The translations under genes were made by a program, and so were the position numbers. The notes beneath the pieces were generated by a model. The model was not told the origin of the DNA, made no database searches, and saw only the letters and a program-made list of their open reading frames with translations. A DNA stretch of 64,000 bases, taken from NCBI GenBank assembly GCA_963779275.1, contig CAVZXL010000007.1, forward strand, positions 522,163-586,162, in the 5' to 3' direction. Positions 31,618-39,378 of this stretch are shown here, one piece after another; position 1 is the stretch's first letter; each line of letters starts with the position of its first letter. The stretch comes from Terriglobia bacterium (GTDB lineage Bacteria > Acidobacteriota > Terriglobia > Acidiferrales > UBA7541).

Positions 31618-31846
31618 GTGAATGCGAGCCTGCGGCTCTTATGCTCCTCGGGAACTCGAAAGTGTAGCAAAGTCGGATCGGAACCGGACGGCGAATCGCT
31701 TGCGCGCGTCACGGCGCGGTGTTAGATTCCCGGACTCCCCGCGCACCCCATCGCAATGACATTGGACGCGACGCGGGGACGCAAAGTCTCAATTATTTTC
31801 CGTAAAATGAGGGGCCGCGAAGGGCGCGGCGGAGGACCTGCAATTC

Positions 31847-32275
31847 ATGAAACCCCTGGGGAAATTATCCAAAGCGGACCTGGCGCGGGCCGCCGAACGC
31901 CTTGGCGGCAGCAATCCAGCCGTTCATTTTGGATTTCAACTGGTGAAGGGCGAGCGGGGACGCGCCGTCTTCCGCATGCCGGTACTCGACCGGCACAAAC
32001 AAATCCACCGCGTCGTTCACGGCGGCGTCGTGGCCATGCTCGCCGATACCGCCGGAGGATTCGCGGCATTCCTGGCCGAGCCCGAGGGTACGCGCGTGGT
32101 GACCATCGAAATGAAAATTAATTTCCTGGAGCCGGTAGCGGACGGCGCCATTACCGCCGATGCCCGCGTGCTCCGCCGGGGTAGAACCGTCAGCGTCGTG
32201 GATTGCATCCTGACCGACGCCGATCGTCGCCTGGTTGGCAAAGCCCTGATGACCTTCGCGATCATCCGGAATTAA
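31847..32275 (+). CDS. PaaI-family hotdog-fold thioesterase
   Basis: 142-aa ORF with NPAVHFGFQL...HRVVHGGVVAMLADTAGG...IEMKINFL...GRTVSVVDC. Confidence 0.7.
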   Translation: MKPLGKLSKADLARAAERLGGSNPAVHFGFQLVKGERGRAVFRMPVLDRHKQIHRVVHGGVVAMLADTAGGFAAFLAEPEGTRVVTIEMKINFLEPVADGAITADARVLRRGRTVSVVDCILTDADRRLVGKALMTFAIIRN

Positions 32276-32402
32276 GTAGCACAGGCACTCTTGCCTGTGT
32301 GGGTTTTGCAATCGTCAGGGATATCGTCGACGTTACGTACAGCGCACAAAACCGCGCAGCCAGTTCCACCACGGGGCCCAGGATAAAAAGTGGCTGTGCT
32401 AC
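32276..32402. repeat. REP/MITE-like element (GTAGCACAGGCACTCTTGCCTGTGTGGGTTTTG ... AGTGGCTGTGCTAC)
   Basis: Same termini as the element at 1385..1485; begins one nt after the thioesterase stop. Confidence 0.65.
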
Positions 32403-32433
32403 CAAAATTCACCCCCGCCACCTAATCCCCGTC

Positions 32434-32778
32434 CTACTGCCCGTTGACCCCGCCCATCGCTGCCTCGTCGCCGTCCTTATAAACATATTTAATGAATTGT
32501 TTATAAATCAGCAAATTCGGGCTGCCCGAGCGCGTCAGCTTGATGCAATCCCGGTCATACCACTCGACCGTCCCGTGCAGTGTTTCGCCGTCGGTGAGTG
32601 TCACGACCACTGGAGTCCGCGCTTGCATCTGCTTGATCCAGTAAAAGTTTTCCGCGTGCGTCTGTTCCGGAGGAGCGGGTTTTTTGTGCGGCTGGGGCCC
32701 GGAAGCGTGCGAACGCGGTGAATTGTTGGTTGGTTCCTTGATTTCCGTCAGAGTAGGGCGAAATAACTTGCGATTCAC
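32434..32778 (-). CDS. Sm/Hfq-like protein with an extended N-terminus (tentative)
   Basis: 114 aa. The core NFYWIKQMQARTPVVVTLTDGETLHGTVEWYDRDCIKLTRSGSPNLLIYKQFIKYVY has the Sm1/Sm2 spacing of Hfq (..V.V.L.nG..l.G.i..fD.f.i.l......lvYKhai..i). Confidence 0.45.
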   Translation of the reverse strand: MNRKLFRPTLTEIKEPTNNSPRSHASGPQPHKKPAPPEQTHAENFYWIKQMQARTPVVVTLTDGETLHGTVEWYDRDCIKLTRSGSPNLLIYKQFIKYVYKDGDEAAMGGVNGQ

Positions 32779-32881
32779 GGCGAAAACTCCTTCTAAGAAT
32801 GAGAACTGTTGGTAAGAAATACGGACTCACAACCTATGATGCACAGCAAAAGAATCCGGGTACCTCTCTATTGCCGAAAAA

Positions 32882-34012
32882 TTACCGGAAATTGGAATTT
32901 CCCGAAATCGGCGCCGGGCGGGCCAGGGAAATTGCCACTGCATCGAGTCCCAAGGAGCGGTTGATATTGCGCCGCACCCGGGAATGGAGCACATCCATTC
33001 CTTCAACCGCCTTGGTGATCCAGGCCACATCTACTTTTTTGCTCAAGATTTCGAGCTCCCGGCGCAACGCAGGGTTTCGTAACATCTTCTTCGAGGAAGA
33101 GCAGGACAGGTCAAGCAGGTCCGTGAGCAGACTATAAAACACTTCGAGAACATTTTCAAACGCGATTTCCTGGCTCTTGGCTAGGGCCGAAGTGCTGGCA
33201 AATAAAGTGGAAATCCCGCGCAACTCCACCGCGCGTTCCAGCACCGTGAGCGCGTCGCGATGCAGCGCCGCCGTCGCTGCAACGTCCAGTTCCATGGCCG
33301 TGCCGGGGCAGCCTTCGGAATATTGCGCCGCCAGTTTGCGGTCCTCAGGACTCAGTTTCGTGCGCGTGCGCAGAATTTCTTCCACATCTTCGGTGGCCAG
33401 CGCGGCCAGCGAAAATTGCAGGCATCGCGACCGGATCGTTGACTGCAAAAGAAACGGGTTGGGGGCCAGCAGGATCAGTGTCGCCGATTCCGGCGGCTCC
33501 TCGAGAATCTTCAGAAAAATTCCGGAGAGATCCCAGCGCATGGTTTCCGCCCCGTCCAGAATGAAGACGCGTCGGCGCCCCTGCGGCTTGAAATACGCGG
33601 CGCGTTGCACGGCGCGAAGCTGGCCCATGCGCAGCACGGGGCGCGCCACCGGATCCTTCGCGCGTACCGGATCGGGCACCACGGCCCAGACGTCGGGATG
33701 CGTCTGGATCAGCAGCGGAATGCGCTCGACCGTGGAGGCGTCCGGGCGCTCACCGCGCTGCGTCAATCCCTGTTCGACAAGAGGCCGCACGTCGCCCAGC
33801 AGCGCGATGCGCCGGCACGCATCGCACTCGCCGCAAAAATCGTCCTTGAGCCGCTCGCAATTCGCCGCCTGCGCGAACATGCGCGCCAGCGTGAACTTGC
33901 CCACCCCGCGAGGCCCCGAAAAAAGCATGGCATGCGGCACGCGCTCGGCGGAAAGCATCCCGCGCAGCGCCGTGACCACGCGCGCATTCCCTATAAATTC
34001 TGAAAAACCCAT
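32882..34012 (-). CDS. holB: DNA polymerase III subunit delta prime
   Basis: HAMLFSGPRGVGKFTLARMFAQAANCE, CGECDACRRI, and the RRVFILDGAETM box. It sits downstream of tmk, as in many bacteria. Confidence 0.85.
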   Translation of the reverse strand: MGFSEFIGNARVVTALRGMLSAERVPHAMLFSGPRGVGKFTLARMFAQAANCERLKDDFCGECDACRRIALLGDVRPLVEQGLTQRGERPDASTVERIPLLIQTHPDVWAVVPDPVRAKDPVARPVLRMGQLRAVQRAAYFKPQGRRRVFILDGAETMRWDLSGIFLKILEEPPESATLILLAPNPFLLQSTIRSRCLQFSLAALATEDVEEILRTRTKLSPEDRKLAAQYSEGCPGTAMELDVAATAALHRDALTVLERAVELRGISTLFASTSALAKSQEIAFENVLEVFYSLLTDLLDLSCSSSKKMLRNPALRRELEILSKKVDVAWITKAVEGMDVLHSRVRRNINRSLGLDAVAISLARPAPISGNSNFR

Positions 34013-34093
34013 GAACCTTGCTCCGCTTCACGAACCAACGAATCCGGCCGGTCAATAAATGTACGCCCTCAACAAATGCACGCCCTAAAATAC

Positions 34094-34184
34094 ACGCCGT
34101 CATTCCGAACGAAGAGAAGAATCCCTCTTTCTTTTGGCTATCAACCGCTGAGTGATTCGTCACCCGTAGGAGCGGTTTGGAATG
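34094..34184. repeat. Inverted-repeat element GCCGTCATTCCGAAC ... GTTTGGAATGACGGC with internal GAAGAATCCCTCTTTC
   Basis: A 14/15 inverted repeat flanks about 60 nt in the tmk-holB spacer. The core is related to 26900..26990. Confidence 0.55.
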
Positions 34185-34209
34185 ACGGCGCTAAATCAGT
34201 GACCGCAAT

Positions 34210-34902
34210 CTACAAACCCTGCGAAAGAACGCGCGATTCCACGGCGCCCAGCACCGCCCGGTGAATCTCTTCGGGCGAATGCATCTCGCCGGAACTCGCG
34301 TCCGTACACTCGATGCGCGTCCAGTTGGATTCCGTCGCCAATTGCTCGTAGGTATTCGCCGCCTGCTCCAGGTGCGCAACGTCCGCTTCCAGAATGTCCC
34401 GCTGCAGTGTCGTATACGACCTCGCGCTTTTCAATCCCACCAGTCGGTGCGCCTCGGCCACAGGAACGCGCAAATAGATCACCAAGTCTTCCACCGGCAA
34501 CCCGTAAAGTTTGTATTCGAGTTGCTTCAGCCAGTCGATGAACTCATCGCGCTTCTCGGCCGGCACACGTTCGCTTTGGTGAGCCAGATTCGACGCGATA
34601 TACCTGTCCGCCAGCACGATTTTCCCGGCAGCCAGCGCCGATTCCATTTCCGGCTTCGCCTCCAGCCGGTCCCCCGCATACAGCAGCGCGGAAAGATGCG
34701 GATCCACCTGGCCCACCGAGCCGAATTCGCCGTTCAAAAAACGCGCCACGAGCTTTCCGAAAAACGATTCGTAACGCGGAAAGCTGACTTGAAGCGTTCG
34801 GTAACCGCGCATGTCCAGCGCGCGCGCCAGCAAATCCAGCTGCGTGCGCTTTCCCGAGCCGTCGATCCCTTCCAGTGCGATTAATTTTCCGCGTGGCGCC
34901 AT
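34210..34902 (-). CDS. tmk: dTMP (thymidylate) kinase
   Basis: LIALEGIDGSGKRTQ P-loop, DRYIASNLAHQ, 230 aa uninterrupted. Confidence 0.85.
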   Translation of the reverse strand: MAPRGKLIALEGIDGSGKRTQLDLLARALDMRGYRTLQVSFPRYESFFGKLVARFLNGEFGSVGQVDPHLSALLYAGDRLEAKPEMESALAAGKIVLADRYIASNLAHQSERVPAEKRDEFIDWLKQLEYKLYGLPVEDLVIYLRVPVAEAHRLVGLKSARSYTTLQRDILEADVAHLEQAANTYEQLATESNWTRIECTDASSGEMHSPEEIHRAVLGAVESRVLSQGL

Positions 34903-34951
34903 AATTCAATGTGCAAGTCTAACGTGCCCCCCCGATTGCCGCAAGGAACCG

Positions 34952-34974
34952 GTAGCACAGACACTCTTGTCTGT
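34952..34974. repeat. Solo REP hairpin GTAGCACAGACACTCTTGTCTGT
   Basis: Same 5' motif (GTAGCACAG) and hairpin form as 1385, 9719 and 32276. Confidence 0.5.
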
Positions 34975-35105
34975 CCATTTAGCCCCCGATGCAATTTACA
35001 GGAACAGGCAAGCGTCGCTGTCCAGAAAAAACAGCGTCCCCAATCAGGGCGGTGCCGAACGGGTGGAAAGATTTATTGGGGGATACGCATGCTAGAATCC
35101 CCGCA

Positions 35106-35873
35106 ATGCCTAGCGAATCCAGCGAAGTGTCGGAAAATCTTTCGCGTGTCCACGAGCGCATCGCGCGCGCAGCATCGCGGGCGGGACGCGCCGCGGAAGA
35201 AATAACCCTCATCGCCGTCTCAAAAACCCATTCCGTTGCGCAAATTCGGGATCTCTACGAAGCTGGTCTCCGCCATTTCGGCGAGAACCGCGTGCAGGAA
35301 TGGGAAGCCAAGCGCGCGCATCTTTCCGGTCTCGATGCAACCTGGCACATGATCGGGCACTTGCAAAGCAATAAAACGGCGAAGGCGGTCCGGCTGTTTG
35401 ACGCTATCGACTCGCTAGATAGCGTCGTCCTCGCGGAGCGCCTCGATCGCGCAAAAAAAGATTTCAACGCAGAAAACACAGAGGACACGAAGAAAGAAAG
35501 AGAAAAGGGAACTGGCCGAAGCAAGAGTGAACGCCTGCGCGTGCTGATCGAAGTGAAGTTCGATCCCGGAGAAACAAAATCGGGCGTCGGCGGCGACGAA
35601 CTTGCGCCGCTGGTGCACGCTGTCCTGCAACTGCCTCACTTGGATTTGCGCGGCCTGATGGGCGTGCCGCCCTATTTCGACGATACCGAGCAAGCCCGTC
35701 CTTATTTTCGCCGTCTGCGCCAACTGCGCGACGCGATCCGCGCGGCATCCGGAAAGGATCTGTTGCCCGTCCTGTCGATGGGAATGTCCCACGATTTTGA
35801 AGTGGCCATCGAGGAGGGAGCCACCGAAATCCGCGTGGGCACTGCACTGTTTGGCGAGAGGCGAAAGGCTTAA
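35106..35873 (+). CDS. yggS: YggS-family pyridoxal-phosphate homeostasis protein, with a Lys/Glu-rich insertion
   Basis: ITLIAVSKTHSVAQIRDLYEAGLRHFGENRVQE (PLP lysine), HMIGHLQSNK, LSMGMSHDFEVAIEEGATEIRVGTALFG. Start taken at ATG 35106. Confidence 0.8.
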   Translation: MPSESSEVSENLSRVHERIARAASRAGRAAEEITLIAVSKTHSVAQIRDLYEAGLRHFGENRVQEWEAKRAHLSGLDATWHMIGHLQSNKTAKAVRLFDAIDSLDSVVLAERLDRAKKDFNAENTEDTKKEREKGTGRSKSERLRVLIEVKFDPGETKSGVGGDELAPLVHAVLQLPHLDLRGLMGVPPYFDDTEQARPYFRRLRQLRDAIRAASGKDLLPVLSMGMSHDFEVAIEEGATEIRVGTALFGERRKA

Positions 35874-35875
35874 CT

Positions 35876-36157
35876 GTGCAAGTCACCGAAAAAGACGGCG
35901 CGGTAAGTTTTGCAGTCCGCGTCCAGCCCCGCGCCAGCCGCGACGAATTCGCCGGCGAATACCAGGACGGCCTGAAAATTCGCCTCACCGCGCCGCCCGT
36001 CGACGACCGCGCCAACGAAGCCTTGCGCAAGCTGCTGGCCTCGCGTTTGAAAGTGCCGCTGGCGGCTGTTAGAATCGCGTCGGGCGAGCATAGCCGCACC
36101 AAACGCGTGGAAATTCGCGGCGTGACCCCGGAAATGATCCGCGCACTGGCGGTTTAG
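35876..36157 (+). CDS. DUF167 (YggU-like) protein
   Basis: GTG start 3 nt after the yggS stop. RVQPRASRDEF...LKIRLTAPPVDDRANEALRKLLA...SGEHSRTKRVEI. Confidence 0.75.
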   Translation: MQVTEKDGAVSFAVRVQPRASRDEFAGEYQDGLKIRLTAPPVDDRANEALRKLLASRLKVPLAAVRIASGEHSRTKRVEIRGVTPEMIRALAV

Positions 36158-36200
36158 ATTCCATCGTCGCTGGTCGCAGCTTTTCTTGAGCAATTCATCT

Positions 36201-37376
36201 ATGCCAGACATTGCAGCCATCCAGAGCGCCCTCGCCGAACACAAGATCGATGCCTGGCTCTTCTACGACATTCTGCATCGCGATCCGATCGCCTACCGCG
36301 TCCTGGGTCTGGATCACGCCATGGCCAAGCGCCGCTGGTTCTACATAATTCCGGCGAAGGGTTCTCCGCGCAAGCTGGTCCACCGCATCGAGGCCGGTGT
36401 TCTCGATTCGCTCCCAGGCGAAAAAATGGTCTATGCTGCCGCCGGCGAGCTGGAAAAAAATCTGAAAAAACTCATCGGCCGCGCGAAAAAAGTGGCCATG
36501 CAGTATTCGCCCAAGAACCTGATTCCTTACATTTCCCTGGTGGACGCCGGAACCGTGGAGTTGATTCGCGCACAGGGCTGCACGGTGGTAAGTTCGGCGG
36601 ACCTGGTGCAGCAGTTCGAGGCGGTCTGGACGCCCGAGCAACTCCAATCGCATCGCGAGGCGGGCCGGACGATCGACAAGATTACCGAGGCGGCATTCGC
36701 CGAAGCCGCGCGCCGCGTGAGCGCCGCCGAAGCGTTCACCGAGTATGACCTGCAGCAATGGATGCTCGGGCAATTCCGCTCGAGCGGTGTGGTTTCCGAT
36801 TCCGCCCCGATCGTCGCCGTCGGTCCGCATTCGGGCGATCCGCATTACGAGCCCATGCAGCGAGGTTCAGCCCAGGTCCGCAAGGGCGATTTGCTGCTGC
36901 TCGATGTCTGGGGAAAAACGCTGGCGCCGGGCAGCGTCTACTATGACATCACCTGGGTCGGATATCTGGGCGCGAAAGTTCCCGCAAAATATGCGAAAAT
37001 TTTCACGATCGTCCGCGACGCCCGCGACGCGGCCGTCGATTTCGTCTTGAGCAACGTCAAAGCGGGCCGCGCCATCGAAGGCTGGCAGGTGGACCGCGCC
37101 GCGCGCGAGGTCATTCGCAAGGCCGGATACGCGGACAAGTTCGTGCATCGCACCGGTCACAACATCGGCCAGGAAGTTCACGGCACGGGGGCGAATATGG
37201 ATGGTCTGGAGACGCGCGACATCCGCCGCGTCATCCCGCGCACTTGCTTTTCGGTCGAACCCGGAATTTATCTTCCCGAGTTCGGCATCCGCAGCGAAGT
37301 GGACGTTTACGTCGCCGAGGGACGCGCCGAAGTTACCGGCGCAGTGCAGACTGGTATTATTCCGCTGCTCTCCTAA
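36201..37376 (+). CDS. M24-family Xaa-Pro aminopeptidase/dipeptidase
   Basis: Uninterrupted ORF (the track opens at 36186). Metal-ligand regions LLLLDVWG, DITWVGYLG, HRTGHNIGQEVHGTG, FSVEPGIYLPEFGIRSEVDV. Confidence 0.75.
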   Translation: MPDIAAIQSALAEHKIDAWLFYDILHRDPIAYRVLGLDHAMAKRRWFYIIPAKGSPRKLVHRIEAGVLDSLPGEKMVYAAAGELEKNLKKLIGRAKKVAMQYSPKNLIPYISLVDAGTVELIRAQGCTVVSSADLVQQFEAVWTPEQLQSHREAGRTIDKITEAAFAEAARRVSAAEAFTEYDLQQWMLGQFRSSGVVSDSAPIVAVGPHSGDPHYEPMQRGSAQVRKGDLLLLDVWGKTLAPGSVYYDITWVGYLGAKVPAKYAKIFTIVRDARDAAVDFVLSNVKAGRAIEGWQVDRAAREVIRKAGYADKFVHRTGHNIGQEVHGTGANMDGLETRDIRRVIPRTCFSVEPGIYLPEFGIRSEVDVYVAEGRAEVTGAVQTGIIPLLS

Positions 37377-37410
37377 GTCCAAGATTGAAGAAGGGAATCT
37401 GGAACAAGCG

Positions 37411-37833
37411 ATGCCCAAAGAAACGATCGCCGACGAAACAATCCATCAGGATGCCCCTGCCGGCAATGTGGTGCTCGGCGCCGTGGTCGCACTGGCGGGC
37501 TGGGTTGTTCCCGGCCTCGGGCACCTGCTGCTGCGCAAGTGGGGCAAGGCGGCCCTCTACTTTCTTTGCGTCGGCGGCCTTGCCTACGTGGGCCTGGTCA
37601 TGCGCGGCGGCGTCTTCGCTCCGGGTTCGGAAGACTTGTTCGACCGCCTGGGATTCTTTGCCGACATCGGCACTGGGGTGTTTTATTTCCTGGCGCACAT
37701 GATCCAGACGGCCGGCCCGGACGTGGGCCACGCCACCGGCGATTACGGCACGCGCATGTTCGCGGCCGCCGGCATGATCAATCTCCTCACGGTGCTGGAA
37801 GCCTACGAAATCGGCCGCGGCAGGAGGACCTAG
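37411..37833 (+). CDS. Hypothetical membrane protein
   Basis: 140 aa from ATG 37411; three to four hydrophobic segments (VVLGAVVALAGWVVPGLGHLLL, ALYFLCVGGLAYVGLVM, GVFYFLAHMI). No family recognised. Confidence 0.5.
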   Translation: MPKETIADETIHQDAPAGNVVLGAVVALAGWVVPGLGHLLLRKWGKAALYFLCVGGLAYVGLVMRGGVFAPGSEDLFDRLGFFADIGTGVFYFLAHMIQTAGPDVGHATGDYGTRMFAAAGMINLLTVLEAYEIGRGRRT

Positions 37834-38025
37834 TTGAGTTCACTCTTCGGCAATTTCACTCATTTCGAAGCGCTGGTTTTCTTCGCTCTCACCGTTTCGT
37901 TGACGTTCGCATTTCTTTCCAAACGCGGCGCCCTCGAACGTATCAAGTATGTCGCCTGGGCTTTTCTCGCCTTTTTGCTGGTGGCCGTCGGCATCGGTTG
38001 GCTTATGTTTCCCTTTTCCCGGTAG
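37834..38025 (+). CDS. Small hypothetical membrane protein (63 aa, TTG start)
   Basis: Starts immediately after the previous stop; two hydrophobic helices. Weak support. Confidence 0.35.
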   Translation: MSSLFGNFTHFEALVFFALTVSLTFAFLSKRGALERIKYVAWAFLAFLLVAVGIGWLMFPFSR

Positions 38026-38098
38026 CCGCTTCTCGCACCTCATTGCAACCCGGCGTTTGACAGTTTTTTCCGCCCGATGCTACATTGAATTACGCGAA

Positions 38099-38174
38099 GC
38101 CGAGGTAGCTCAGTTGGTAGAGCAGTCGATTCGTAATCGACAGGTCCCCGGTTCAAGTCCGGGCCTCGGCTCCA
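38099..38174 (+). tRNA. tRNA-Thr (anticodon CGT), CCA encoded
   Basis: GCCGAGG-TA-GCTC-AGTTGGTA-GAGC-A-GTCGA-TTCGTAA-TCGAC-AGGTC-CCCGG-TTCAAGT-CCGGG-CCTCGGC-T-CCA folds as a canonical cloverleaf. Confidence 0.9.
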
Positions 38175-38343
38175 TCTGTTTCCGGTATTTGAGAATCATA
38201 GATAGGCAACTCATCTGCCGGCAAACCCCATCCATCTATGCATGTGGGTGTAGTATGTGCAGTCTCCCCTTAGTTCTTAAAGGACCGGCAGTATTGAATC
38301 CTTCCATGCCCATGAATGCGCGGAGGCCGAGGCGAACTTGAAC

Positions 38344-39378
38344 ATGAATAACGCTCCTACCGTCGTCCTTTGCGGATTTGCTCTTTGCGCGGGCATTTCT
38401 TTTCCGGCCCATTTGATGGGCCAGGCCGCGCCCGGGCCGCTTTCCGTGCCGCAACAAACACAGGCCCCGCGCCAAAAGCCCGCGGCCGCGAAACCAAAGC
38501 CGCCCGAAATTGCTCCCAGAACCACCCTTGCAGGCGAATGGAAACTAAATCGCGACGAAAGCGACGATCTGCGCACGAAGATTCAAGACTCGCGCGGCAA
38601 AAAAGCAGGGACTAAGGGCGGCAGCGGGGGAGGTAACGGCGGCGGGAATCCCGGCGGAGGTTACCCGGGCGGCGGTGGGTACCCCGGTGGCGGTTACCCT
38701 GGCGGAGGGTATCCTGGTGGCGGAGGATATCCCGGCGGTGGAGGGTATCCAGATGACGGCGGCTATCCTGACGGCGTCAGTCGGCGCGATTCGGAAACTG
38801 ACGAAAGGCTCGAGCAGTTAATTCGTCCTCCCAGCTCCTTGAGCTTCACGCTGAACAGCGCGGAAGTCGACATGACCGACGATCATTACACCAAACTGGT
38901 TTTCTACACCGACGGCCGAAAGCTGCAAAAACAAAAAGACAGCGCCAATCAGGAAATCTCAGCGCACTGGGACGGCAGCCGCCTGGTCACCGACGAGAAG
39001 ACCCCGCAAGGCTCGCCCATGAACCGCACTTTTGAGCTTTCCCCAGATGGGCGCCAGTTCTTCGAGACCGTGCACGTCGACCGCGGCAAATCCAAGGGCT
39101 TGCTGGTCATCCGCTTCGTTTATGACGTGCCAGCGCCCGCCGTGCAGGCCGATCATGACAACGATCCCAACCGGCCCGTGCTGAAGAGGCATGCCGATAC
39201 CAGCAACGCCTCGCCAGGCGCTCCGGGCGCTGCTGCCGATCCGTCTGCCGATCCGACCCAGCCCGCGCAGAGTCGCCCCGCGGACTCCGGCACCTCTACT
39301 AGTCCTTCTGCGTCTCCGGATCCGAACCAGCCGGTGATGCGCCGCCGGGCTGACAGCGGCAACAGCTCATCCCAATGA
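38344..39378 (+). CDS. Secreted protein with a GGYPG tandem-repeat region
   Basis: Signal-like N-terminus MNNAPTVVLCGFALCAGISFPAHLMGQA. Then GGGNPGGGYPGGGGYPGGGYPGGGYPGGGGYPGGGGYPDDGGYPDG, a globular C-terminal half, and the duplicated tail motif DPNRPVLKRHADTSNAS / DPNQPVMRRRADSGNSS. Confidence 0.6.
   Translation: MNNAPTVVLCGFALCAGISFPAHLMGQAAPGPLSVPQQTQAPRQKPAAAKPKPPEIAPRTTLAGEWKLNRDESDDLRTKIQDSRGKKAGTKGGSGGGNGGGNPGGGYPGGGGYPGGGYPGGGYPGGGGYPGGGGYPDDGGYPDGVSRRDSETDERLEQLIRPPSSLSFTLNSAEVDMTDDHYTKLVFYTDGRKLQKQKDSANQEISAHWDGSRLVTDEKTPQGSPMNRTFELSPDGRQFFETVHVDRGKSKGLLVIRFVYDVPAPAVQADHDNDPNRPVLKRHADTSNASPGAPGAAADPSADPTQPAQSRPADSGTSTSPSASPDPNQPVMRRRADSGNSSSQ

Noticed and set aside
38620-38770. 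Short tandem repeats that could be mistaken for a CRISPR-like or microsatellite array
   Set aside because: The repeats are 15-18 nt, contiguous (no spacers) and in frame inside a long ORF. They encode GGYPG units with synonymous variation, so this is a coding repeat, not a CRISPR array.
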